Assembly (NCBI GenBank): GCA_030704615.1
Contig: CM060733.1
Span: forward strand, 15,066,001 to 15,130,000
Reading direction: 5' to 3'
DNA length: 64,000 bases
From: Takakia lepidozioides
Taxonomy: Eukaryota; Plantae; Bryophyta
A model generated the notes under the pieces. The model worked only from the letters and a program-made list of their open reading frames with translations. It had not been told where the DNA came from and searched no databases. The position numbers were made by a program, and so were the translations under genes. This document shows, in pieces, positions 51,316-63,686 of the stretch (within the stretch, counting starts at the first letter, position 1; the number at the start of each line of letters is the position of its first letter).

Positions 51316-52436
51316 ATCTCCCTTCCTGATTCAGTCTTGCTAAACCTGGGGCTTAGGTAAGAGCGCCCACCTTTTCAATCAATTACTCTTCAATACTCCT
51401 TGAATGATAAAATCGCAGCTCTTTTCAAGCCACACTTTGAGAGCAAATGTCTTACGTCAGATGGATTTGGTGTTCTAGTAAGAACTTTGAGAATGTAGAT
51501 TAAGAGCCCACAACGTCTAGACCCAGCTGCCAATGTTACATCTGCACAATGCTGAAGACCACCATGGAGCGACAGAAGGTGATCGCCCACAGAAGAGCTT
51601 TGCCTCATGTTCCGATTCCGACAGGCCGCTGCTCACGACTACTTCATGAATACACCACACCATCTGCCTCAACCCATGCCATCTAGCAAACAGAGACTAG
51701 GACGAGCGTAGATACAACTTTGAAACATTTTGTGTAGGAGGGTACTAGAATCTTTTTCCTGGACGCGCCGTGTTGATTAAGTTATTCGGGATCAGTTTTG
51801 GAGGCGTGCGAGAATCGGTATTCTTGCTCGTCGAGTTAGTCCAAATGACTTACTGTTATTAAACCACCGGCAAGGTCCACAAAGGGCTCTTGGCCTGCCG
51901 TTTGTCCCTAGATCGGGACCAATTTCTCGCAGAGGATCACTAGCAAGAGCAGCAGCACCAGCTCGAGATGGACAAAAAGCATGACACCACAAGACATCTT
52001 TGTTTCCAAATCAGAGTTTCCCTGCAAGATGTTGTGTTGAAGCTGCACGTTGCTGTGAGAATTCCAGAACATGTAGTTGCACCGAAGAGTTTCTAATTTG
52101 GCATTTTCGTCACTCTTACTTTTAAACCAAGAGACAGAAGGAACAGCTGGTCCATCAAGCTATCTTCAGAGTGCACAGACCTCATTTTACATCATCCAAG
52201 TCACAGTAAACGTTGGTGGGGTCTTCAAGGGTTGAGCAGTGTCAAATGGCACTTAATGGCCATCAAGTGGCAGGCAGACTGCCTGTCTCTTCTTTGCCAA
52301 AACTCTTTTTGCATTTTTTATTTAGTCCCTATTTCCAATTGAAGGAGAGAATATATGTACATGGCCTGTAACTTCAGCTCCATTCCGGTCAGAAAATCCT
52401 ATTGCCGTTCAAATTCTGAAACTTGTTGGTGGGAAA

Positions 52437-55400
52437 CTACAATCGCACGACAAAAGCATCAAGAGTGCCATTTTGAGACCTTGGCTTTTTGAAAGAGGGG
52501 TGGGTGCCAGAACCCTCCCTGCTCCTTGTCCGTGAGAAAGTCCTCCCATTAAAAGATCCTGTATTGTTCTCTTGCAAATCCAAGCTTAAAGCCAAATGGT
52601 AGTCTGTGTGCTCCTGTCTTGCTTGGTCAGTTTGTTCAACCAATCGGCCACACTCTCTGCACCTATCTCCATCAAAGCAGGAGTCACTCTCATTGCACGA
52701 TACCTCCAGGGGGGGTGTTGCTAGAGGGGTACCAACTGCAGAGGTCTCACTAGCATCATTCTGCCTATTGTCCATTTGGCAAACCCCTTTGTCACCAGGC
52801 CCGCCACTCTTCCAAGGAAAGCCAAATAGTGAAAGCTGTGTATGGCTTTCAGTGTCAACCTTCGATTTACTATCCCATGATGAGCTCAGCTGGAAAGCCG
52901 ACGCTGGCCGTCTAGACTGAGTGTTGTTCCAACCCATCCAGTTGGCTCCCCCTTCATCTGCACAGCAAAGCACATTTGCCAACCCATGATTTTCACCCAA
53001 ACTTAAAACAGACAGGTCAAAGCAAATTTGTCAATGGGTGTTCCGCAGCCAGCTGACACGGGAAACTAATTAAAATATCGTAAGAACAGGTACAGATAAG
53101 GAATCTGACTTTCAGCCGGCAAATCCGTACCTTCATCCTCACTATTATCAGACAGATCAGAGGTGAATCCGGTTCTCTCATCTGCGGTCACCCCCGAAAA
53201 ATCCTCTAATTGCAGACACTTGGTTTCACCTTCCATCGTGGCAGCTCTGCTGTGCAGCAAGACAGAACCTCTTGGATGGCCCTCTCGATAGATCCGTGCT
53301 TCACGCTTGCTTATAACCGTTAAGCCCATTGTGGATGACCTCTGTTTTACAGCCTGTAACCCTGCACTTACTTCATAACTCAACCTTCTCTCTCCCTTGA
53401 TATTGGCCAGTCCATCGGAGACCACCCCATCTCTACAAAATGCCTCCTGCTGTGAGCCCACTTGCAAGTTTGCAGAGCTATTTCCAAACCCGTCCACCAC
53501 AGGAGTTTGTAAAAATAAGCGAATGTCACCGGCAGATGAGATCCCCTTGGACGCATCACTAAAGCCTGTGGCCCCAATATTGAGAACCACCATACAAAAT
53601 GAGCGGCCACTTAGACTGTGAAAAAGGAGCCTCATTCCTGCTTCAACTGCAACCTCTCTTCGCTTATCTGCTGGCAGGGAGGTGCAAAGGAGTTCTGGAG
53701 GCATAGGCCCTGATACACTCCTGAAATTCCTTCATGCCCAGAGAGAACTCGACCAAATGATATTAGTGACCTGAGGTATTCGGTTATCCAATATCCTCAC
53801 CCTCAAAAAGTGAACAGAAGGTGAGATGACATTGAGTGTTGAGCATCCATGGAGCAAGTAAATGAGGAACACTGTGGGCACATCATCCACCTTAAAAAAT
53901 CACACAACTGGGTCCTCCTTGTGCTTCTCTATCTGTATCTATTTTTCCATCTCCTGGCCGGCATTCTTTAATGTGAGTGCAAGTGGGAACAGTCCCATAG
54001 GGGTGTAATAATACTCTTGGCGGGAGTGTTACTTTTACTACAATGTTGCATTTGTTTCAAAACCAGCTGCTCCAAAGCTCAACAATGCAAAAAGGGACAT
54101 GTTGGGTTTGACACAGGGGAGTGAGACCATCACCCAGACAGGAGAAGTTACATCTTGCAGGGTCTATGACTGCTTACCAGACACCTTTGCTGCGCCACTT
54201 TATGGTCAAAACTTTAGGGGTGCGCCCAGTTTCTGCCTTATCTTCATCAAGACGATGAACCAAGTCGGGTGCAAGCGACCGCATTATTCCCTGCCCACAC
54301 ACCAAATGTATGATAACCCATTGAGAAAAGACTGCGACAACAAAAGTACAGTTTACAGGAATTTAGAGTGCTCGGTGATGAGTGATTAAGTCTGTATTCT
54401 GTTGCTATAGGAATAACTTTTCACCCTTAGAGGGGGAGGGACTCCAGCCGACGCCAGTGTAAATAAGCCACAGCCCCCAGGGTGCTGTTCCTCCCCCACA
54501 GAGAGTAACCATTCCATGCGTGTCATGCTAGCCATAGCTCCAGCCACTCTGACAGGAACAAATAGTATGTAAAAGTAAGTGCTTACGGCTGTCTGCTGAA
54601 ATGTAGAGGAATTGACTGTAATATAAAACCGACATGAATGAATTACTAAAAATGTTCCCTTTGCCACAAAAACACTCGTCCCTGTCCCAAAAGAGCAACA
54701 GTAAAGAATGAACTACCTCAACTTGTGGAAGTGTTGTGCACATTCTGAAGGAATCTTCAACAGAGAGTGATTTGGGGGGACCTTTGTCACACACTGGTGT
54801 GCCATCATACCCTCGGCACGCATGGTACAGAAACACCCCTATTCGCTCTCCTAACCTGTCATTGAACCCCATGACCAATAAGCCCTCTCATCATAACCCC
54901 ATATATTGATAGCGAGAAGACGAAGGTCTCACTTAGCAAGGGGAAATGAGGAAATCAGAATACTGCTAATAAATTTCATCCAAAATCACGAGAGAAAGAG
55001 AGAGAGAAAGCAAGATCCTTGGGGAAGTAGAACAACACAGTGGACTAAAGAGAAATCAATGACCACCTCAAAGCTCAAATGTTGCACAAAGGCAGGGGAC
55101 CTCGTGGAGGTGAGCAGCTAGCATCTGGGGTCCTCATAGCTCAAGGCCTCTGCCAGGGACGGGGAACACAGAGCAAGAGAGAGAATGTACTCATAAGACG
55201 TTGTTTGCCGAGCCTTGTGGCCATTGACCCCGCGCCCAGTTTGAGCGGAAACCAAAGGGACAGAACCTACCTCTGTCAGGGGCAGACGTTGGTAGTAAGA
55301 CTTACCTTGATACATAGAATTGATCCGGGTTTTCCAGATATCCTCTAGAAATCCCTTCACACAAGCATCAATCTGCTGTGTGTGATTTGCCCAAAAACTA

Positions 55401-55482
55401 GGCCTCAGAAGGGCCTGGGCTTTTGGCTCAGCCTCGAGACTTTCAAAGTTGGTACACAGAGGTACAGGCACAATTCCCAGAG

Positions 55483-55523
<41 letters not shown>

Positions 55524-58077
55524 GTACCCACTTCTGGGAAAGGTGGCCAACAGAAAAATTGCGAAGATCAGCCACTGTTTCAATGCCCATCTCTTTTAAT
55601 ACAGCTTCCATGCGATGTCCAACACCAGGGAGCTGTCACCACTTCAACGGAACTAATGTCACAATCTATTACGAATGACTTGCATTTTCCAGATTGCATA
55701 TCACTTCTTGGGAGAACATGACCCCACAACGTCTTCACTCATGTGCACACAATTTTCATCATGAGCAAGCAGCTACAGTTGCAAACCAAAATTGGCCATA
55801 CTTTATGTGGTTGTGGTCCATGTCCACCTATGCCTAGGTTCAGGTTACTATATGCAGTCAACCAGCAGCTAGGGACTTGACTGGGTATGCCGGTCGTATA
55901 CCAACATGATCTTTCCAGGTGGAGAAACCCGCAATAGCAGGGAGTGTGGGGAACTGGAAATCAAAGTACCGGCCCATAAGTACATAGACACTTTTTAGGG
56001 CCCCCCTGTTCTGAAATTTGGACATTGAAAGGGCCATATTGATTAAAGGCTTGGCTCAACAGACAAGAACATGTAGGGCACTACAGGTCGTCACCACATG
56101 CAAAGCAATGAATGTGACTAACCTTCCTTGCAGGCATAGGTTCAAGAAAAGCAGCCACAGCTGACTGAAGAAGGCAGGTCTGCTTGTTAGGCTTGTTCAC
56201 GGAGGATGACATTTTTGCCAGCATTTTCTGCACGATCCACCAACATATGCAATATCGCGTTGGAGAAGGACTATCAATCTCTCTGTTTCTTGAGAGGAGG
56301 AGCTGACAATGCGGGAAAATGGTCAGAAATATGCAATTTAGATCTGCAGAGCTTGGTTGCAGTATGGACTATACATTATGAGCTATGCCGCAAGACATGC
56401 GAAAGCCTGTCTCTCTCTCCACAGCTGCCCGAGCCTCGCTCACAACATGGCTCCCCACCATAAGTAATCTGTCCTGTGTCTTTTTGGCGTCCTCATTTTC
56501 TAAGCAATTGTTCTCTTCTTTAGTTCCATCCAAGCTTCTCCACCCATTGGCTCCAAGTTCCCCACCCTGTGCCTTCGTGGTAGTTGCTGTGCCTAGACCA
56601 ATCACAATGCCTGAAAATGCATTAACATTTATACCAGACGCCACCCGGGCTTGAACTTCCGCAGTGATGTCCACTGCCCCTTCATCGAGGCCCAATCTGG
56701 CAAAACACCCACTGGAGATGTCAAGGGAATGAATTCATTCCTCTTAGAGCTGACACAGGCCAGTGGGACCCTCATTCATTGAGTATGGCTGTTTTTCCCC
56801 CAATGAAAACTCTTCCCACTTCTTGCTCTTTCACAATCTGGGCGAACAGAATAGCTATGCTTCTGAAAGACAACAAGTACCTTTCAAGCGTGCCGAACCG
56901 GCGCAAAACTCCCATAATATGCTTGCTTGCAGCACGGTACGGTGTCAAATCCTCCCCATTAATCAACACCAGGTCAGGGCACCTGCCATGAATCCATCCT
57001 CATTTCATTTCCTGCAGAGAAAGTGAAAAGTGGGAACAGCTCATGCGAGTTGTCTACTCGCGTCTATGTTCTGCTTGGGCAAAGATAGTAAGAATATACT
57101 TGAATCATACAGAATTTCTTCACAACTGTTTTGCTCTAATCATCATGTGCGTATGTCTTAACGAACAATAACCGTTCTTGCAAACAAAAATGTCTGAGCG
57201 AGGGCTGTGCTGGAGTATTGCTCTCTTTACCGCTTATGAGACCTGAGCTAGTAAGTATACTGGCTAACCTTTTCCTGGCCTCGTCAATCGACACCATCTT
57301 TGGCACTCCCAGTCGCCGAGCCGTGTAGTTGCATGTTACCACCAGAAATTTCTGCACAACAACAGCAATTAATACGTTCTGCCACATGAATTTGATACGT
57401 CAGACAAAAATGTATCACACCTTTCCGCCCAATTGTTGAAAGCATACATGTGACCTAATTGTACGAGAAACATGCACAAAACAGGGAGGTGAAAGGAAAT
57501 GCCTGAGTGATGCCAACAGGGCGGTCGCGCAAAGATGGGCGGCGCAATTCTTCCGCCTGGGCATAGAAGCAATCCACATCCTGCCCATCCCTCGAATTAC
57601 ATACCACAATCGTTTATTGTAGCCGTGCTGTAAAATGGAAAGAATACAACAAGCAGCAGTTTACAAACATTTGCATTCCCCAAGAACTCTTCAACCAACA
57701 ACCAACCTACAGCAGGCAGGACTTTCGCAAAGTGCAGCGTTAGCCAAATAAGCACACCAATTGCTCTCTCTCTCTTCTCCAAGTAGGAACTAGGAACCCC
57801 TTGTTCAGCTCAAATTCTGTACAATGGGTAAGTACCTCCCAAGTCTGTCCCTGTTGTTTGACGAGCATACAGAGAACGAGTATGGAGAATCAATGATTTT
57901 GTGGGGGTATACAAATTCGCTATGCAAGACAGTTCGATTGCTAAGCAAGAAAATCTCAAAATCAACCCAAAGAACATACGAAACGTGCATACGAAACGTG
58001 CAACCACAATGTCACGGAAAACGGAAGCATACAAAATGTGCCACTACACGGGCGCAGGCGTCGGCGGCATCCGCCAT
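52437..58077 (-). CDS. POLI: Y-family DNA polymerase, iota-like
   Basis: Spliced exons: 58033-58077 MADAADACARVVAHF|DVDCFYAQAEE..PVGITQ|KFLVVTCNYTARRLGVPKM..|CPDLVLINGEDLTPYR..ER|LGLDE..GFRMSCGIAHN|KMLAKM..NKPNKQT|LPGVG..|PPKSLSVEDSF. The last exon (52437-52957) has CRECG..EHTDYHLALSL, KKPR and QNGTLDAF. Some middle exon limits are uncertain. Confidence 0.85.
55185..55477 (-). mobile_element. 5'-truncated LINE 3' end (copy C) in a polymerase intron
   Basis: 16-bp TSD cagagcaagagagaga at 55169-55184 and 55478-55493, abutting a (GA)n tract. Encodes [69 protein letters not shown] and ends gtcttatgagtacat. Confidence 0.88.
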
Positions 58078-59663
58078 AGCATCAACTCCGACACTACACC
58101 CCAAAACCCACCCCAAAACCCCGACTGTTGTGAACCTCGACCGATCCGGGCTAGCATTAACACGTGTCGGTCGGGCTGCATGGTGGCTGTGACAAGTCCA
58201 CCGCCTCTCTATTTCTAAGTAGAGTAGCTGGAGTGGCTCTAAAAATGGAGTTGCTAAGTTCATATGAGGAGGAGAGGGAGGACCCTCTTCCCCAAATAAC
58301 TTAGTTGTGTGTCAGGCTCTACAGTTGTTCCAACATGGTACTCTAGACCCTGTTAGAGTGCAAGAGGGAATTTCTTTTATCTGTCTCGTGCACAAGGAGC
58401 AATGCAGTTGCCCAACCACGGAGCTCACTGTTTGGGACCGAACAAGACTGCGGTGGTGTACTGTGTGGGATATATAAGCGTTGTGTTGGTTGGGGTGGTT
58501 GCTAGCGTTTTGCTGGCGTATATTTTGTACGTGATCGTGACGAGTGCAATGAGGGGGGAAGGGCTGAACCCCATTTGGTGGGTTGCATATGTGGTGGGAT
58601 TGGTGATGGGGATCGGATCTCTTGTTTTCTATTTCGTTCACATTCGAATTTGCTTGGAGAGCAGGCTGCACGCCAAAGCAGTGCACGCAGTGGATGAGGA
58701 CTCAAACATGATATGAACTTGTCGCGGAGACATACTACAACTTTCAACTTTGACTTTTATCTTTGACGAAGTCGAAGAAAAATTAGGATGTAGCACACAA
58801 GTTGAAGTGTTGGAAGGAACTGAGTTGGCATCAAGAAGCCGAGTTGGAAGCTCTAAAAATGTTTTGTCCCCTCTCCAATTTCTCCATGTCTTTTACTAAC
58901 AAAATGCCTTCATGGAGTAACAATAGTTGGGTAAGTTGATCATTGTATCAACACCATTTTTATGTTACTTTTTCTTGGTATCAAGTATAACACGACAAAT
59001 TAGTAGTTGAGATCGAGCCGCCAATTGCCTCAACGTTACTACTCATATGTAAAACTTATCTCTAGCATAATCTTTTCTTTTGATGGAGTGGGGACCAATG
59101 TTGGGCGATTCTTAACTTTTTACATACTTGGGAAGGTGGGTTCTAGGACTCAGTTGGAATTTAAGATATCTGGTGGGGCTGCTGGTTATTAGCATATATT
59201 TGACCCTCCGGATCTCAACTAAATCAGTTTGCAATCATCTATAAGGTTTTCAGTTTAATCGTGATGACGGGCCAAGAGTGACATAAGGTTAGAAACCAGA
59301 GTTTGGGTCTCTCTGTCTAAGTGCAATTGTTAATCCCCCTCATTTAGGCCTAGCGTCTATAGGTTGAGAGTTCTCCAAAAAATCTCAATTAGATAGATTT
59401 GTCGGAAATTTCCATAATCAAGCATAAATATAGTACAAAAAGTAAGTATAATACAGGTATGAGCTAAATTTGACCTAACACCCATTTTAATTGTCATCCT
59501 TCAAATATTACAAGAAAAATTTAAATAGACCTTTAAACAAAAATGTCCTCACTTTCTAATTGTGATTTTGTGAATGCATGAAATTGTGATTTCAATTTTA
59601 TCTATTATATAGAGCTGAATTTTTTTTTTCGATTTTATTTTTAGAGTTAAATTTTCATGTATT
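57765..59663 (+). repeat. Segmental duplication, copy 1 (copy 2 at about 61055-63686)
   Basis: Colinear from gtaggaactaggaaccccttgt to ttagagttaaattttcatgtatt. Confidence 0.92.
58402..58716 (+). CDS. Orphan two-TM small protein, copy 1
   Basis: 104-aa ORF with two hydrophobic segments. Start, stop and frame are preserved in the duplicate. Confidence 0.5.
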   Translation: MQLPNHGAHCLGPNKTAVVYCVGYISVVLVGVVASVLLAYILYVIVTSAMRGEGLNPIWWVAYVVGLVMGIGSLVFYFVHIRICLESRLHAKAVHAVDEDSNMI

Positions 59664-61054
59664 CCCATTCCACAAACAATTAAGGTTTCTTTGTGGTGTT
59701 GCAAATCTGGTTTACTTGTGCTCATCTTTGCCTGCTTTAGAGTGCATGTTAGACAACAATAACAAGTGTGAAAGTCTGTGATTCACCTGGGGTTCCACAA
59801 TCCTCACTAACCTGTTGGTTTTGTGGGGGCTTTGTGATGGGACCAGGTGAGGACCTTCACTTGACATGAATTTTGAAGCTTGCAAGTGATCTAGTAATTG
59901 CAGGAGATACGGCTACTTCTACATATTTCTTCAACGAGGGATGTTGAACTACTTTCAACCTCTACTCTTTGTTGTTTTTGGGTGTTGCAATCAGCTTCTG
60001 TTTGCATGTAGTAGAAACATATGATGAGCTTTTAGAATACAAACATTCTTTAAGGACTTTTGGGATACAGTGAAAGCATTCTACTATGGTTTTGGGATAA
60101 CCTATTGATGAGTTCTTGGTGATAAGGGAATGGGCTACATTCTCCAGACCTAGAATTGTCCATGCTACAAGTTTAAAGCAGGCACATTGTCTGTGCTGTT
60201 TTAACTTAGAAAATACCATGCAGTGTTTCAGGACCTACCATTGAGAATAAAACAAACTTGTTTATGTTGTTTTCAGAGTTCACACTATTTGTTGTAAGTC
60301 TACCAAACAGTACTTCTGAAACTACACATTTTGTTTAAAACAGGTCCTCTTGTACAATTTTAACATAGGAAGTACCAGACAGTACTTTTAGACATGACCA
60401 TTAGCTTAAGACAAATTTGTTCATCATGTTTTGACTTAAGGATTACCAAGCAAGGTGTTTTGAAGGCTTTTTGCAGACTACATACTATCTATTTTAAGCT
60501 ACCAAGTAACATTTTGGAACCACCCTTTGAATGAAAAATAGACATGTGTATGCTTTAACTTAGAAATTTCCAAGTAATTATCTTGTAGGGCTTTTTAGAT
60601 TACAAACTGTTTTCTAAAGCTCCCCCAAATCTTTGGGGATATGACTTGGCAATATCTATATAGTTCTAATTATGCTTACTGTGGTTTTCTTGCTTTGAGG
60701 GATTTATGGTGCTGGAATACCACTTCCAGACTTGCAAATCTGGTCTGTCTGAATTTATCTTTGCTGACATAGTACTTAGCACAAGGTTGTACGTGTAAAG
60801 GTAACACAGCCTAATATACACATACATGTTTGAGTTTCATTTTTTTCACAAAAAGGATTAGGGTGATGGGTTTCTTACAGAATCCCACCCTATCACCCTT
60901 AGCGTTCATATACATTGAAGTCTGCAAGGTATAATCATATATGAAGGTGCTTATGGAAGGAGGTGATAGATGGTGCCTTGTTTCAAGGCTGATTTGTCTT
61001 TAAATTGACAAGGACCTTACTGTGTCCATGTCTCAACAAGGCATAAGTATATTC

Positions 61055-63686
61055 TCTCTTTCTCTCTTTCTCTTCCATGTAGGAACTAGGAACCCCTTGT
61101 AATTGACTCGTTCAGCTCAAATTCTTTACAATGGGTAAGTAACTTCCCAATTAAGTCCCTCCTTGTTGTTCGACGAGCATATTGAGAACGAGTTTTGAGA
61201 ATCACATGATTTTGTGGAGGTATACAAATTCGCTATGCAAGACAGTCGATTGCTAAGCAAGAAATTCTCAAATGCAGATCAATCGAAAGAACATACGAAA
61301 CGTGCAACCACAATGTCAAGGAACCGGAAACATACAAAATGTGCCATGATTTTTTGGGACCTTGATTAGTTGTAAATACTAAATTATCATACTCCTAAAT
61401 GACAATGCTGATAGTAAAAAGGGACTCAGCTATGAAGGCTCAACTACATATATTTCTCCTATTCCAAGTCTCATAACCAAAAAAGCAAATAGTTAAAAAT
61501 TATGGATTTTTTAACGAGTCCATAAATATTTGTTATAGTCCATATAAAAGGCCGTTATGGACTTGTTTTTAAAGCATGATTCATAGAAAATTAGAAAAAG
61601 AGACTTGACCAAATATGCTTTGAGGGAGAAAGAATGTAGAATGAAAACATCCACTCAAAAATGTTAAATAAAATAAACTTTATGTACTATTTTAAGCCTT
61701 CAAAATAACTATTTTTGTAAAGTCCTTTACATATAGAATTCTCTGAAATATCAACACTACCTCATTAAATACATAGACCAAGGGTAGACCCCCGGGTGGA
61801 TGTCAAATTTGAGAAAAACTATCGTGATCTGAAACTATCGCGATTTGAAAATAAAGTCTTTAATGGTCAATAATAGACGGTTGAGATTGTAAATTGAAGC
61901 AAATCCAATGGTTGAGGATTCGCCACATCCCCCTTTATGTACTTTTAGGGACTCATGATGTGTCTCATTTTGGTCCACCGTAAGTTGCAACTACCCTACA
62001 CCCCAAAACCCAGACTGTTGTGAACCTCGACCGATCTGCCCGAAACTTCCCAAGAATTGCGCGGCCTGGTAAGACCGGGCCGAGTCGGGCTCGCGCGGGG
62101 CCGCGTTGGCACTAGCACGGTGCCCATGTGGAGATCGGCTATTGCAAGTCTACAACCTCTCTATTTTTGAGTAGAATCGTTGGAGTGGCTCTAAAAATGG
62201 AGTTGCCAAATTGATGTGAGGATGAGAAGGAGAACCATCTTCCCCAAATAACTTAGTTGTGTGTGTGAGGGAGCTACAGTGCTTCCAACATCATATTCTA
62301 GACCCTGCTGTCAGAGTGCAAGAGGGAATTTTTTATCTGTCTCGTGGACAAGGAGCAATGCAGTTGCCCAACCGAGCTTACTGCTTGGGATCGAACAAGA
62401 CTGGGGTGACGTACTGTGTGGGATGTATAAGCGTTGTGTTGGTTGGGGTGGCTGCCATTGGTTTGCTAGTAGATATTTTGTATGTGATCGTGACGAGTGC
62501 AATGAGGGGGAAACGGTTGAACCCCATTTGGTGGGTTGCGTACGTGGTGGGATTGGTGATGGGAATCGGATCCCTTGTTTTTTATATCGTTCACATTCGT
62601 ATTTGCTTCGAGAGGAGACTGGAAGCCTCAAAAGCAGTCCACGCAGTGGATGAGGACTCAGACATGATATGAAGCTTGCCGCGGAGATGCACTACAACTT
62701 TGGGATCCTTTGCAAAGACCAAGAAAATTTAGGATGTAAGTTAGCACACAAGTTGAAAGTGTTGGAAGGAATTGAGTTGGCATCAAGGAGCCGAGTTGGA
62801 AGCTCTAAAAATGTTTTGTCCCCTATTTTTGTTTACTCCATGAAGACATTTTGTTAGTACCTAATGACATGGAGAAATTGGAGATATTGGAGAAGAGATG
62901 ATGAGAAAAAGGAAGAGAGAGGGAGAATACGCTCTATACTATGAGCATTTTAAGTATTCTGATTAGTAGGATTCATTATTCAATATCTGGGTAAGTTCAT
63001 CATTATATCATTGTTATCAAGTATCAACACGACAAATTAGTAGTTGAGAATGATCGAGCCGTCAATTACTACTCATATGTAAAACTTGTCTCTAGCATAA
63101 TCTTTTCTTTTGATGGAGTGGGGACCAATGTTGGGCGATTCTTAATTTTTTACATACTTGGGAAGGTGGGTTCTAGGATTCAGTTGGAATTTAAGATATC
63201 TGGTTGGGCTGGTTATTAGTTAGTAGCATATGTTTCAAATTTGAGACCTTCCCGATCTCAACTAAAACAACTTGCAATCATCTATAAGATTTTCAATTCA
63301 TGATGACCCAAGAGTGACATAAGGTTAGAAACCACATATTGGGTCTCTGTATCTAGGTGCAATTGATATTCCCCTTCATTGAGGCTTAGCGTCTATAGGT
63401 GAGAGTTCTCGAAAAATCTCAATTAGATAGATTTGTCAGAAATTTTCATAATCAAGTATAGATATATTAGTACAAAGTCTAAGTATAGTACAAGTACGAG
63501 CTAAGACCTGACACCCATTTATAATTATTATCCTCCAAATATTACAAGCTAGACAGTTTTAAAATAGACCTCAATTTCTATCATGATTTCTTGAATGCAT
63601 GAAGTTGTGACTTCAATTTTATTCTATTATATAGAATTGAAATGTTTTTCTCAATTTTAATTTTAGAGTTAAATTTTCATGTATTA
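61055..63686 (+). repeat. Segmental duplication, copy 2, with a ~640-bp insertion (about 61347-61990) replacing most of polymerase exon 1
   Basis: Homology stops at catacaaaatgtgcca (61346) and resumes at ctacaccccaaaaccc near 61997. Confidence 0.9.
62358..62672 (+). CDS. Orphan two-TM small protein, copy 2
   Basis: MQLPNRAYCLGSNKTGVTYCVGCISVVLVGV..LNPIWWVAYVVGLVMGIGSLVFY..VDEDSDMI. Differs from copy 1 by substitutions and two 3-nt indels. Confidence 0.5.
   Translation: MQLPNRAYCLGSNKTGVTYCVGCISVVLVGVAAIGLLVDILYVIVTSAMRGKRLNPIWWVAYVVGLVMGIGSLVFYIVHIRICFERRLEASKAVHAVDEDSDMI

Noticed and set aside
1033-58077. UV-repair gene cluster (photolyase plus translesion polymerase)
   Set aside because: The genes are about 47 kb apart with unrelated genes between them. 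Chance co-location is sufficient without synteny data.
60180-60620. Degenerate taccaa..agt..ttt repeats
   Set aside because: Too diverged to define a unit or period by eye.
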